Origin: Clostridiales bacterium
Lineage (GTDB): Bacteria; Bacillota; Peptococcia; DRI-13; UBA5745
Length of the DNA: 36,176 bases
Assembly: GCA_009777025.1 (NCBI GenBank)
Contig: WRMS01000003.1
Location: forward strand, 1 to 36,176
Reading direction: 5' to 3'
The translations under genes were made by a program, and so were the position numbers. The notes below the pieces were generated by a model. It was given only the letters and a program-made list of their open reading frames with translations. It ran no database searches and was not told the origin of the DNA. Shown in pieces: positions 9,288 through 18,763 of the stretch (positions are counted from its first letter, which is position 1; every line of letters starts with the position of its first letter).

Positions 9288-10952
9288 ATGGAAAAGCTTT
9301 GGGAAATCACCCTGGGGGATCTGCTGGACTATCAGGCGGAGCGGCATCCGGATCAGGACTGCGTCATATACAATGACAGGCCTTTCCGGACTACGTACCG
9401 GGAGTTTCGGGACAAGGTCAATTTGGTAGCCAAAGGTTTTCTAAAACTGGGCGTCAAAAAAGGGGATCACATCTCCATGTGGGGAACGAATGTACCGGAA
9501 TGGCAGCTCGCCTTATGGGCGGCTTCCAAGATTGGCGCCGTCCTGGTGACGGTCAATACCGCGTACAAAATCTTTGAGGCGGAGTACCTGCTGCGCCAGT
9601 CGGATACCCATACGCTGGTCATGACAGAAGGCTTCAAGGACAGCGACTATGTGGCGATCATGCAGGAGTTGGTACCGGAGCTGGAAGGCGCAAGCCCGGG
9701 CGAATGGGAAAGCGATGTGCTGCCCTGCCTGAAGAACATCCTCTTATGCGGCGGCAAGGAGCTGTCCGGTATGCGCAACTGGGAATCGCTTTACGAACTC
9801 GGAAAAGAAATCAGCGACGAGACGCTGGCGGAGGCGCAGAAAGCCTGTCATTTCCACGACGTGGTGAATATGCAATACACATCCGGTACGACAGGCTTCC
9901 CGAAGGGCGTCATGCTGACGCACCTGAACATTTTAAATAACGGTTTATCCATCGGCGACTGTATGAAATTCTCGACGGCGGATAGATTGTGCCTGACTGT
10001 TCCCCTGTTTCATTGCTTCGGTTTGGTGCTGGCAACCATGGCGGCGGTCACCCACGCTTCGACGATGTGTATCGTCGAAGCCTTCAGCCCTGCGGCTGTG
10101 CTGAAAACCATCCATGAAGAAAAATGTACTGCCTTTCACGGCGTTCCCACAATGTTTATCGCGATGATGGACCACCCGGACTTTGCCAGGACGGATTTTT
10201 CCCAAATGCGGACCGGTATCATGGCCGGTTCTCCCTGCCCGGTCAAAGTCATGCGGCAGGTGGTGGATCAGATGAATATGTCAGAAATTACTATTGTCTA
10301 TGGGCTGACAGAGTCTTCTCCCGGCTGTACACAGACCACTACGGAAGATTCCCTGGAATTGCGGGTTTCTACGGTGGGGCGCAGTCTGCCCTTCGTCGAG
10401 ACAAAAGTTGTAGACCCGGATACGGGGGAGGAATGCATACCCGGCGTTCCCGGTGAATTTATGGCCAGGGGATATAATATAATGAAAGGCTATTATAAAA
10501 TGCCGGAAGCTACGGCTGCCGCGATTACGGAAGATGGTTGGCTTCACTCCGGCGATCTGGCGACGGTGGACGAAAACGGGTATTATAAAATTACAGGCCG
10601 TATTAAGGATATGATCATCCGGGGGGGCGAAAACATCTATCCAAAGGAGATCGAGGAATGCTACTATACTCATCCAGACATTCAGGATGTACAGGTGATC
10701 GGCATCCCCAGCGAAGCGTATGGAGAGGAAGTTATGGCTTATGTCATACTGAAGCCGGGCATAAGCATGACAGAGGACGAAGCCAGGGAATTCGTACGGA
10801 CGCGGATCGCCCGTCATAAAGTGCCGAAATACGTAGCGTTCATTGATGAATTCCCCATGACCGCCAGCGGCAAGATCCAGAAATATAAACTCCGTGATAT
10901 GGCAGTGGATATGCTCAAGTTGCATGACGCCGCCAGTATCGAGACAGCGTGA
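9288..10952 (+). CDS. AMP-forming acyl-CoA synthetase (ANL family)
   Basis: MQYTSGTTGFPKG, PLFHCFG, YGLTESSP, GWLHSGD, GRIKDMIIRGGENIYP and TASGKIQK motifs. RBS AAGAGGTG. Confidence 0.93.
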   Translation: MEKLWEITLGDLLDYQAERHPDQDCVIYNDRPFRTTYREFRDKVNLVAKGFLKLGVKKGDHISMWGTNVPEWQLALWAASKIGAVLVTVNTAYKIFEAEYLLRQSDTHTLVMTEGFKDSDYVAIMQELVPELEGASPGEWESDVLPCLKNILLCGGKELSGMRNWESLYELGKEISDETLAEAQKACHFHDVVNMQYTSGTTGFPKGVMLTHLNILNNGLSIGDCMKFSTADRLCLTVPLFHCFGLVLATMAAVTHASTMCIVEAFSPAAVLKTIHEEKCTAFHGVPTMFIAMMDHPDFARTDFSQMRTGIMAGSPCPVKVMRQVVDQMNMSEITIVYGLTESSPGCTQTTTEDSLELRVSTVGRSLPFVETKVVDPDTGEECIPGVPGEFMARGYNIMKGYYKMPEATAAAITEDGWLHSGDLATVDENGYYKITGRIKDMIIRGGENIYPKEIEECYYTHPDIQDVQVIGIPSEAYGEEVMAYVILKPGISMTEDEAREFVRTRIARHKVPKYVAFIDEFPMTASGKIQKYKLRDMAVDMLKLHDAASIETA

Positions 10953-10969
10953 GGGAGAAAGGAGAGAAT

Positions 10970-11779
10970 ATGATGAAATACGGTTTTTCTACCATAGGCT
11001 GTCCCGAATGGTTATGGAAAGAAGTCGTTTCCACAGCGAAAGACCTGGGCTATGACGGCATAGAGCTTAGAGGCCTTGCGAACAAAGAGTACCTTCCTTC
11101 AACCCGCAGTTTTTCCATAGAGAATTGCAGCGAGATCCGGCTTCAGCTGGAGGCGCTGGAGCTCTCGATTCCCTGCCTGAGTACTTCCGCGTTTATCTAT
11201 GACAAGAATCTGCAGGAGAAAGCTCAGACAGAGATGCGGGACTACATTAACCTGGCGCCGCTTCTGGATACGCCTTTCGTACGGGTGTTAGCGGATAAGG
11301 AAGCTGTACCGGGTAAAGATGTGGACGAAGGGGTCGTGCTGGAGAACTTACGGGAAATCTCAAGCCTTGCCGAAGACAAAGAAGTCATGATTTTGGTGGA
11401 GTCCAACGGCGTATTTGCGGATTCCCGGCGGCTTGCCGCCCTCATGGAGAAGCTGGACGACCCGAATATCGGCGTCCTCTGGGATATCCATCATCCTTAC
11501 CGATTTTTCGGGGAAAGCCCGGCGGAGACCTATAAGCGCTTACAGGATTGGATATGCTATGTCCACATCAAGGATTCCCTCATGGAAAATGGCAAGGTAG
11601 TGTATAAAATGCTGGGGTACGGCGATATACCGCTCAGGGAAGCGCTGCACAGCCTGCAGGAAGCCGGCTACGACGGCTTTATCGTATTGGAATGGCTAAA
11701 GCGCTGGGTGGCGGACCTGGAAGACCCGGGCGTTGTTTTCGCCCATTTCCCCTTTGCCGTGAAACGGATTATGAAGTAG
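10970..11779 (+). CDS. Xylose-isomerase-like / AP-endonuclease-2 TIM-barrel protein
   Basis: FSTIGCPEW, GYDGIELRG, LVE, LWDIHH, VHIKDS and GYDGFIVLEW metal-binding pattern. RBS AAGGAG. Confidence 0.88.
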   Translation: MMKYGFSTIGCPEWLWKEVVSTAKDLGYDGIELRGLANKEYLPSTRSFSIENCSEIRLQLEALELSIPCLSTSAFIYDKNLQEKAQTEMRDYINLAPLLDTPFVRVLADKEAVPGKDVDEGVVLENLREISSLAEDKEVMILVESNGVFADSRRLAALMEKLDDPNIGVLWDIHHPYRFFGESPAETYKRLQDWICYVHIKDSLMENGKVVYKMLGYGDIPLREALHSLQEAGYDGFIVLEWLKRWVADLEDPGVVFAHFPFAVKRIMK

Positions 11780-11787
11780 AATGAGAT

Positions 11788-11829
11788 GTTCAGCATGGGC
11801 CCGAATCCTGTGCTGAACGATGATTCGTT
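11788..11829. repeat. 42-bp palindromic repeat, right copy; between convergent genes, possible bidirectional terminator
   Basis: GTTCAGCA-15 nt-TGCTGAAC stem. Inverted copy of 9130-9171. Confidence 0.8.
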
Positions 11830-13469
11830 TAGTCAATATCCACTACTTTTCCCGGCCCTTCCATCATCAAAACGGCTTCCGTATCCATCTCGATTTCGGT
11901 TTTGTACTCTCTGTGCCTGGAGGTTATTTCCTCCAGGTATTCTTTCGCATCCTTAAAGAAACTCGCAATGATCAGACAAAACACGATGCCGATGGGAAAG
12001 GCGGCGATGATGGACACCGATTGAAGGCTGTTGATGGAGTTCTCCGCGAAAATCAAGCCGATGGGAAAGATGATGAAAACACAGGCCCAGAACGCCCTGA
12101 CCGGTTTCGCAGATTCTTCGTCCGGGGGAAGGTGGATATAGGAATACGCCGAAATGACCAGGGTCAGGGAATCAAATGTGGTCGAGTAGAACGTCACCAT
12201 CATGACAAAGAGCGCGATCAGCAGGACCTCTGTCAGCGGTAACGTCTCAAAGATTTGGATGATACCCAGATTGACGTCGGTTCCGTCAGCCACCATGCTG
12301 ATGACGTCAATCTTTCCCGCGAGCTGCTGCGAAAGACCATAATTCCCGAATATGATAAAGCTGAGAAAGGTACCGGCAATCCCGTAACCATAGGTGCCGA
12401 GGATCACATTCTTGATCGTCCTTCCGCCGCTGATCATCCCGATAAAGAATGGCGTCGCCACACACCAGGCCATCCAGTATGCCCAGTAGAATATGGTCCA
12501 GTTCTGGGCGAAGCCGTTAATGCCGTCGCCGGAGGCGCGAAGGGGATCCATCCAGGTGGACAGCCCGATGAAGTTTTGAAACAGATTGCCGATCGAGGTT
12601 ATACCGGTCTCGATGATATATCTTGTCTCGCCGCCGACAAATAGGAAGTAGAGCAGCATGGCAAAAAAGATCGTCGTGCATATCGCCGCGGACTTAATGA
12701 TCCCCTGTATCCCGCTGAGGACAGAAATCGTATAGACGGCCGCGATGCAGACGAGGACGCCGATGGTCAGCCCCGCGCTCATAGGAATCGCGAAAACCCG
12801 GCTGAGAGAGGCCGCCAGGAGGGGCGTCGCCAGGGAGAAAGTAGTCGCCGTTCCCGCGAGAAGGGCTAATATAGCGATAAAATCAATGAGTTTACCCACT
12901 GCACCGTCCACTTGATCGCCAAAGAGCGGGCGGCAGGATTCGGAAAACTTTTGCTTGGTCCGTCCTCTGACATGGAGCATAAACGCGAAAGCGACAGCCA
13001 GCATAACGTAGAAACCCCAGGGAATCGGTCCCCAGTGAAACAAAGGGTAGGTGGAAGCCCAGTCCTGGATCCCGCCAAGTTGTTCGACGCGGGGTTCTGC
13101 GGCGTAGAGCGCCCATTCGATAAACGAATAGAAGATAATGTCGGCTGCAAAGACGCCGGTGAAGATCATCGTCGCCCACTGGAAATCGTTATAATGCGGT
13201 TTATCCATACTGCCCAAGCGGATGTGCCCGTATTTGGAAAACGCGATATAAAGGGTGATAAACAAGATTCCCAGCCCGATGAGTATATAGAAAAAACCGA
13301 GCTCATTGCCCAGGAATCCGCGTATCACGTCAGTGATTGCAGTGGATTGCTCCGGCGCGAAAATAAAAATGGCGCAGAGCGCCGCAACGCAAATAAGCGG
13401 TAAAATGATCAGCGGCCAATCCAGCGCTTTCAGCAAGTTGCTCAGCCTATCCTTTGTCATTTGATTCAT
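11829..13469 (-). CDS. BCCT-family (betaine/choline/carnitine) transporter
   Basis: About 12 TM segments, SKYGHIRLG, LFHWGPIPW, and the WTIFYWAYWMAW...FIGMISGGRTIK BCCT signature. Confidence 0.92.
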   Translation of the reverse strand: MNQMTKDRLSNLLKALDWPLIILPLICVAALCAIFIFAPEQSTAITDVIRGFLGNELGFFYILIGLGILFITLYIAFSKYGHIRLGSMDKPHYNDFQWATMIFTGVFAADIIFYSFIEWALYAAEPRVEQLGGIQDWASTYPLFHWGPIPWGFYVMLAVAFAFMLHVRGRTKQKFSESCRPLFGDQVDGAVGKLIDFIAILALLAGTATTFSLATPLLAASLSRVFAIPMSAGLTIGVLVCIAAVYTISVLSGIQGIIKSAAICTTIFFAMLLYFLFVGGETRYIIETGITSIGNLFQNFIGLSTWMDPLRASGDGINGFAQNWTIFYWAYWMAWCVATPFFIGMISGGRTIKNVILGTYGYGIAGTFLSFIIFGNYGLSQQLAGKIDVISMVADGTDVNLGIIQIFETLPLTEVLLIALFVMMVTFYSTTFDSLTLVISAYSYIHLPPDEESAKPVRAFWACVFIIFPIGLIFAENSINSLQSVSIIAAFPIGIVFCLIIASFFKDAKEYLEEITSRHREYKTEIEMDTEAVLMMEGPGKVVDID

Positions 13470-13526
13470 ACGTTTTTTTTAACCTTTCTACATCTGATCG
13501 GATGGATGATCACAGACCAAACTCGT

Positions 13527-15284
13527 TTAAACCTCAAGCTGGTTCAGCGCCTTTTCGATGAGCTTTTTCGCATACTGATGGAAGCGTTTGGAGTATCGGT
13601 ACTGCCGCAGGGAATAATCCCCGTAGTTTACGCCCATTCTGTTTTTGTATTCACACCACACGGACCAGAGGAGGCCTCCGGCTGCGGCGTAGGCATAGAC
13701 TTTAAACCGGTTCAGATCACTGGCTTCCCCATCGAAATATTGATCGATGACGCGATCGGCGCAGCTTTTATCATAGTTGGCATAAAGGCAAAACATGGCA
13801 ATGTCGATGTGGGGATCGCACATGCCGGCGTACTCCCAATCGATCAGATATACCTGGTCGCCGATAAATACAAAATTGTCCGACACCGCGTCGATATGGC
13901 AAAGGCATTTTTCTTTCGGCATGACGCTGAGCAGAGCGGTCAGTTCGAGGATTTTCTCTTTGGTTTCTTCATAATCCGAAAACTGTGGCTCTCCGTCACG
14001 CAGACTCTCATAATGATCAAGTCTCTCCAACAGGTCAAAGGAATGGGAGACTTGCAATTTCATTTCATGGAGCTTCCGAAGATGCCGCATACAGACGCCC
14101 ACATCCTCGTCGTTCTGGATATCGCATACCCTGGCATCGGTCCAATACTCCGCAACTTTGTAACCGTCGTCCGGCGAGATATAGACGATCTTGTCGGAAA
14201 GGTTTTTGTCAGCAAGGAGTTTGTAGACTTCGGCTTCCTGCCGGCGGTTGATGAGTTCATTGCTGCCTTCACCCGGTACACGCAGGATGTAAGGGGAATC
14301 TGCAACAGAAAAGCGCATAAGGCGGTTGGTCATTCCTTTAAATAAACCGGATATATCGGTGATGTCTTCCGGTGTGACGCCGAATATTTCGCCGATCAGG
14401 TTGATTCGCCTTGAGCGCAGATCCTTCGATTCGCTGTCCAGTTCACGCAATTCTTCATACGTGTTGATCACGTAAGCGGTCTGACCGAGCATAACCCGGG
14501 CATAAGGGAGCATCTTGTTGCCGAAGAACAAGGCCCTTTCCCAAGTTTCTCTATAGAATCTGCGCTGCCTGTCCAACCGGATGACCTGCTCCCTGACTTT
14601 CGCCGCTTCGTCTTCCATGAGATAACACAGGCCCGTCATCGAGTTGCCGGCGCTTTCATCCTCTGTATAGACCAGTTCCATCTTGCGGTTCAAGCGTACA
14701 AAGCTATCGTCGTCCACATATTCAGAAATCGCGTACCAGGAAAAGAATTCATTGCTGTTAAATGGATTGCGGGAGACCCATATATTGCTCGGCACGATGT
14801 AGCAATTGGACAAATGACCGGATGCCAGCCTGAGGGTGTGTAGACTGTCCCGGTTGGCAAACTCGTGATCGTAGATTAATTCTACATCAAAGGCGTCCAT
14901 GAGATACTCCAGCTTCTCCATCATGTAGCCGACGACCACATGGATTTCCGTTACGTTCACGTCGTGAAGCTGCCGTATAATCCGTTCGATAAGGGGCTCG
15001 TTGTTTATCTTCAGGAGGCCTTTCGGAACCCGATTGATCGGTACCATCCGGTGTCCCATTCCTGCCGCGAGGATGACGGCTCGCTGCGGCCTGGCGCCCT
15101 CCATATACTTTGCTGTTTTTTCAGTGATGCAGAAACTGTCGTCAATGTAGCCTTCATCGATCAGTTTCTTTAGCGAAGAATTCACAAGCCCGATGGAAAA
15201 ACCGGTTCGCCTTACGATTTCTCTATGGTTAAGATAGCTATAGTTGGCTAGGACCGCCAATACGATCCAATCCCTCTTGTTCAT
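13527..15284 (-). CDS. Winged-HTH / phosphocholine cytidylyltransferase (LicC-like) / choline kinase (LicA-like) fusion
   Basis: N-terminal HTH (HREIVRRTGFSIGLVNSSLKKL), NTP-transferase AVILAAGMGHRM..PKGLL, and kinase motifs GMTN, LRVPGEG, CHID, LIDWEY. Start is uncertain (15284 vs 15335). Confidence 0.88.
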   Translation of the reverse strand: MNKRDWIVLAVLANYSYLNHREIVRRTGFSIGLVNSSLKKLIDEGYIDDSFCITEKTAKYMEGARPQRAVILAAGMGHRMVPINRVPKGLLKINNEPLIERIIRQLHDVNVTEIHVVVGYMMEKLEYLMDAFDVELIYDHEFANRDSLHTLRLASGHLSNCYIVPSNIWVSRNPFNSNEFFSWYAISEYVDDDSFVRLNRKMELVYTEDESAGNSMTGLCYLMEDEAAKVREQVIRLDRQRRFYRETWERALFFGNKMLPYARVMLGQTAYVINTYEELRELDSESKDLRSRRINLIGEIFGVTPEDITDISGLFKGMTNRLMRFSVADSPYILRVPGEGSNELINRRQEAEVYKLLADKNLSDKIVYISPDDGYKVAEYWTDARVCDIQNDEDVGVCMRHLRKLHEMKLQVSHSFDLLERLDHYESLRDGEPQFSDYEETKEKILELTALLSVMPKEKCLCHIDAVSDNFVFIGDQVYLIDWEYAGMCDPHIDIAMFCLYANYDKSCADRVIDQYFDGEASDLNRFKVYAYAAAGGLLWSVWCEYKNRMGVNYGDYSLRQYRYSKRFHQYAKKLIEKALNQLEV

Positions 15285-15430
15285 CGTATCATATTCACTC
15301 CTGTTCATGAAAAGACGATAATTGCATTTGACCAAAATATAAAGCAGACGGACAGGTTTGTCAATACACTGTCCGCCTATTTCTAATTTATTTCTACCTA
15401 TGATTCTACTTTAAGACGAGCTTCGCTCGA

Positions 15431-16102
15431 TTATTTAAGGATTCTGAAAGTGCCGATGAAAGGCAGCTCTTTTGCCTTGCCGGAAAACCCGTTAAGCAAA
15501 CCGATGACGCCGAGGGCTAGGATGACAAGCCGGACCACAGTCCTGATCAGGCTTGTAATAAAAGCAAGCCTCCAGGTAAGAAGGGAAGCCAGTAATCGGA
15601 CAACCAGTTCGGCGGCGACGCCCAGAATCGCCAGGATTAGGCCCTGGTTCGCGTGAAAACGGGCGTATTTTGAATCAGGACAGGAAATAAGCGGCAGAAA
15701 AAACAGAATGTAGGCAAGCCCGCCCATGTTCTTGTTTTTCTCGATATCCGCCGGATCATAGGCTTCGGTTTCATCTGCGGTACTTTCGACGATCGTCTTC
15801 AGCGTGTCTAAATTCAGTTGGCTTTGCAAGCCGGACGCTGCTTTCTCCGGAGGCGGCTGACCCTCCGTTTGCTGGGCTTCGGTTTGCTGTGGGTTTTGCT
15901 GCCCTTCGACGGCCGTCTCCGCTTCAACTACTTGATCCTGGGTATCCTGGGTTTCCTGGTTATCCTGTGCGTCCTGGAATTCAGGCTGCTGTTGATCTTG
16001 CTGCGCATCAACAGCTTCGTCGCCGGCGACCGGCTGACCGCAGGAACCACAAAACCGCGCGTCCTCTGCAATCTGCTCCCCACAATTGTTACAAAATGCC
16101 AT
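15431..16102 (-). CDS. Zinc-ribbon plus DUF4870-like membrane protein
   Basis: FCNNCG..FCGSCG, a Q/E-rich linker, LAYILFFLPL, ARFHANQGL and KELPFIG. Confidence 0.8.
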   Translation of the reverse strand: MAFCNNCGEQIAEDARFCGSCGQPVAGDEAVDAQQDQQQPEFQDAQDNQETQDTQDQVVEAETAVEGQQNPQQTEAQQTEGQPPPEKAASGLQSQLNLDTLKTIVESTADETEAYDPADIEKNKNMGGLAYILFFLPLISCPDSKYARFHANQGLILAILGVAAELVVRLLASLLTWRLAFITSLIRTVVRLVILALGVIGLLNGFSGKAKELPFIGTFRILK

Positions 16103-16197
16103 ACGTAATCCCCCTGTTCTAAGTTTATTATCCATATCTATATACTGATGAAGAAGCTGGGCATTTGGCCGCTATCGGCATTATGCTTGTACTTCAT

Positions 16198-16590
16198 CTA
16201 CTTTTTTGATGAGCGCATAGCTTTGAGATGCTTGATACTCCCGTCAGAAGCAAGGCGTTTGTAGTCTTCTGATTCCACACCGTATATTGCTATTTTACCA
16301 TCTTCGTTGCAGTGAACACCCCAACCGTATTTTTTGCCAAGCGCAGAAGCACGGAAACATGGTTGTGGCTTTGCAAAAAAATCCTCACGCGCAAGTCCCT
16401 TGCGGTTGCCATTTGATTCGTACAGTACATCATCCGAACTGTACGTATATGGCTGATCAATGAGCATTTCATATTCTATCTGAACAGCAGTACGCGGTTC
16501 CTTTACAGGTGGCTTTTCAGCAACAGTTACCGGGCAATCCTCCGCAACTTCAATAAAAGTGTCAAAATAATTTGTGCTATTCTTAGCCAT
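16198..16590 (-). CDS. Conserved hypothetical protein (DUF6157-like)
   Basis: TNYFDTFIEVAEDCP, QPCFRASALGKKYGWGVH and KAMRSSK. RBS GGAGGA. Confidence 0.75.
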   Translation of the reverse strand: MAKNSTNYFDTFIEVAEDCPVTVAEKPPVKEPRTAVQIEYEMLIDQPYTYSSDDVLYESNGNRKGLAREDFFAKPQPCFRASALGKKYGWGVHCNEDGKIAIYGVESEDYKRLASDGSIKHLKAMRSSKK

Positions 16591-16832
16591 AACCAATCCT
16601 CCTTCCGATAGGATCGATGCCAGAATCTTCCGGTTATTCCCGACCATAGTAGAGCAGAAGCCATTTATGAAATAGTATACCCCTTGATTTGTTCCTTGAC
16701 AAGCAGTAGGAGAACAATTCTGAGTCAGATTCTGAGTCAGGTTTATTTGGTTTATACGCAGTTATGCCGCAGGCAGTGATCGCGGCAGGCCGTTTCGATA
16801 TCCCTATAATAATGCGCAGGTTAATCGGTGCT

Positions 16833-16862
16833 TTGACAAGATAGGACGAAACCAATTATACT
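16833..16862 (+). promoter_or_regulatory. Sigma-A promoter of the aminotransferase gene
   Basis: TTGACA-18 nt-TATACT. Confidence 0.55.
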
Positions 16863-16935
16863 GAGGCATAAAACCGTCGTTTGCATGCGGGAGAAAGCGT
16901 TTTTTCCATAGCGCAGCCGCGGGAAGGAGGATGTT

Positions 16936-18111
16936 GTGATTTTATCCGATAAAATGCAGTATTTTGGACCTTCCATCTTTGTCAAACTGAAGGATGCGGT
17001 TGCTTCGTGTTCTTTGCCGATCTGCGATCTGAGCGTGGGAACGCCAGACTTACCGCCGCCGAAGCACATCATAGACGCTTTTCTTGCGGCTGCAGCCGAT
17101 GTCGAAAACTATAAATATGCTCTGGCGGATACGCGCGAATTGCAGGACGCGGTTGTGGAATGGTATCAACGCCGATTTTCCGTGTATCTGGAACGTGAGA
17201 ATATCTGCGGGCTCGTCGGGTCGCAGGACGGACTTGCTCATCTTCCCCTTGCGCTCGCAAATCCGGGCGATCCTATTCTTGTACCGAATCCCGGTTATCC
17301 CATGTTTCTCAGCGGCGCGCGGCTATCGTCAGCCGCTATTGTCTATACCCCGATTCAGGAAGAGAATGGTTATCTTGTAGATTATGAAAGCATATCGCCT
17401 TCTGTCGCACACAGCGCTAAGCTTCTGATTCTGTCATACCCCGCGAATCCGTTGGGACGGCTTGCCCCGATGGAGTTTTTTGAGAAAACCGTTTGGTTTG
17501 CGAAAAAATATGGCATTTACGTATTACATGATAATGCGTATGTGGAGCTTACCTTCGATGGCGCGCAGGGACACAGCTTTCTGGAAATCAAAGGGGCAAG
17601 CGACATAGGCGTGGAGTTCAACAGCCTGTCGAAAAGCTACAATCTTACAGGCGCCCGTATTTCCTTTATGCTTGGCAACGCGGATCTGTGCGCCGCGTTG
17701 ACGCAGCTTAAATCGAATATTGATTATGGGATCTTTAAGCCTGTGCAAGCTATGGCGATTGCCGCAATCTCGGGACCACAGGACGGATTGGTCTCCTTGC
17801 GCGCCGAATACCAGGCAAGGCGAGACGCGCTGTGTTCCACTCTATCGGAGGGAGGATGGCGCGTAACGCCTCCTCAGGGGACGATGTTTGCCTGGCTGAA
17901 ACTTCCGGAAAGATTCCAAGATTCGTTGGACTTTACTTTGAAGTTATTGGATAATACGGGAGTCGCCCTGGTACCCGGCGTCAGCTTCGGGTCCCTCGGC
18001 GAGGGCTATGTGCGTATTGGCCTGGTACGCCCGGCTACTGAAATGACGTCGGCTGCGCAAAAAATCATGGCGTTTATGGAAAAGCCGAACGATGGGCCCC
18101 CCGTGGTATAG
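16936..18111 (+). CDS. PLP-dependent class I/II aminotransferase (DapL/MtnE/AlaC-like)
   Basis: GSQDGL, PGYP, YPANP, HDNAY, FNSLSKSYNLTGARI (PLP Lys) and GEGYVRIGL. GTG start after AAGGAGG. Confidence 0.9.
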   Translation: MILSDKMQYFGPSIFVKLKDAVASCSLPICDLSVGTPDLPPPKHIIDAFLAAAADVENYKYALADTRELQDAVVEWYQRRFSVYLERENICGLVGSQDGLAHLPLALANPGDPILVPNPGYPMFLSGARLSSAAIVYTPIQEENGYLVDYESISPSVAHSAKLLILSYPANPLGRLAPMEFFEKTVWFAKKYGIYVLHDNAYVELTFDGAQGHSFLEIKGASDIGVEFNSLSKSYNLTGARISFMLGNADLCAALTQLKSNIDYGIFKPVQAMAIAAISGPQDGLVSLRAEYQARRDALCSTLSEGGWRVTPPQGTMFAWLKLPERFQDSLDFTLKLLDNTGVALVPGVSFGSLGEGYVRIGLVRPATEMTSAAQKIMAFMEKPNDGPPVV

Positions 18112-18120
18112 CAGCGAAGC

Positions 18121-18243
18121 TTTAGGCTGCCATTGCTCCTCGTACGAGTAGCAATACGTCATGCCAATCGTTTTCATTACGTTGCCGCTTCTCGGATTGT
18201 TCACGTCATGCGTTGCGGTGATAAATGGCAAGCCAGCTTTTTA
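18121..18243 (-). pseudogene. Fragment of a RimJ/RimL-type GNAT acetyltransferase
   Basis: KAGLPFITATHDVNNPRSGNVMKTIGMTYCYSYEEQWQPK resembles the C-terminal part of clostridial RimJ-type GNATs. No N-terminus or RBS. Confidence 0.65.
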
Positions 18244-18289
18244 TCACAGACCCAATTCGTTCTAGCCCGTTATTGTGCGATTTTGCGAT

Positions 18290-18559
18290 TTATTGTGGAG
18301 ATAGCAGTTGACCAACAAATAGTATTATTTCTTCTTCCGTTAATGCTTTCGCCCTTTTAATGGCGAGTACATCTTCACCGCTTGGTAATTTGGTTGTAAG
18401 GTGTATATCACTTGAAAGCTGAAACTTAATTCCACCTTTTGTAGTAGCTTGTACTTCTCCATTTACAAGCAACTCAAAATTGCCCGAAGTAGGCTTGAGT
18501 TCTATTTTGTAATCACCATATTGATAGGTCAACACTTTGCCTTTCGATACGACATCCAT
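18290..18559 (-). CDS. Hypothetical protein (~89 aa, beta-rich)
   Basis: Strong RBS GAGGAGG upstream and an AT-rich ORF with plausible composition. No family recognised. Confidence 0.65.
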   Translation of the reverse strand: MDVVSKGKVLTYQYGDYKIELKPTSGNFELLVNGEVQATTKGGIKFQLSSDIHLTTKLPSGEDVLAIKRAKALTEEEIILFVGQLLSPQ

Positions 18560-18625
18560 ATTCATTCCCTCCTCAACAATAAAATAACAAAGCCAATCGT
18601 ACCATAGTTTCCATAAAATCACAAC

Positions 18626-18707
18626 TGCATATTCAGAAGTTGTGCATATTCAGAAGTTGTTTTTCTCAGAGAGTGTTTTTCTCAGAGAGTGTTTTTTTCA
18701 GAGAGTG
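18626..18707. repeat. Short tandem repeats (2 x 17 bp then 3 x 16 bp)
   Basis: TGCATATTCAGAAGTTG x2 followed by TTTTT(C/T)TCAGAGAGTG x3. Confidence 0.9.
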
Positions 18708-18714
18708 TTTTTTA

Positions 18715-18743
18715 TTGACGCATAAGACGATTCGTGCTAAAAT
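18715..18743 (+). promoter_or_regulatory. Sigma-A promoter (extended -10) of the trpS leader
   Basis: TTGACG-17 nt-TAAAAT with TG at 18735. Confidence 0.7.
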
Positions 18744-18763
18744 CCAGTAAAATCAATACAAAA

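Noticed and set aside
15930-15980. 9-bp-period repeats in the zinc-ribbon gene (QDAQDNQETQDTQDQ)
   Set aside because: An ordinary low-complexity linker.
16634-16855. 73-aa minus-strand ORF with a 12-bp duplication (ATTCTGAGTCAG x2)
   Set aside because: No RBS, overlaps the aminotransferase promoter, and no recognisable family. May be a remnant but is unsupported.
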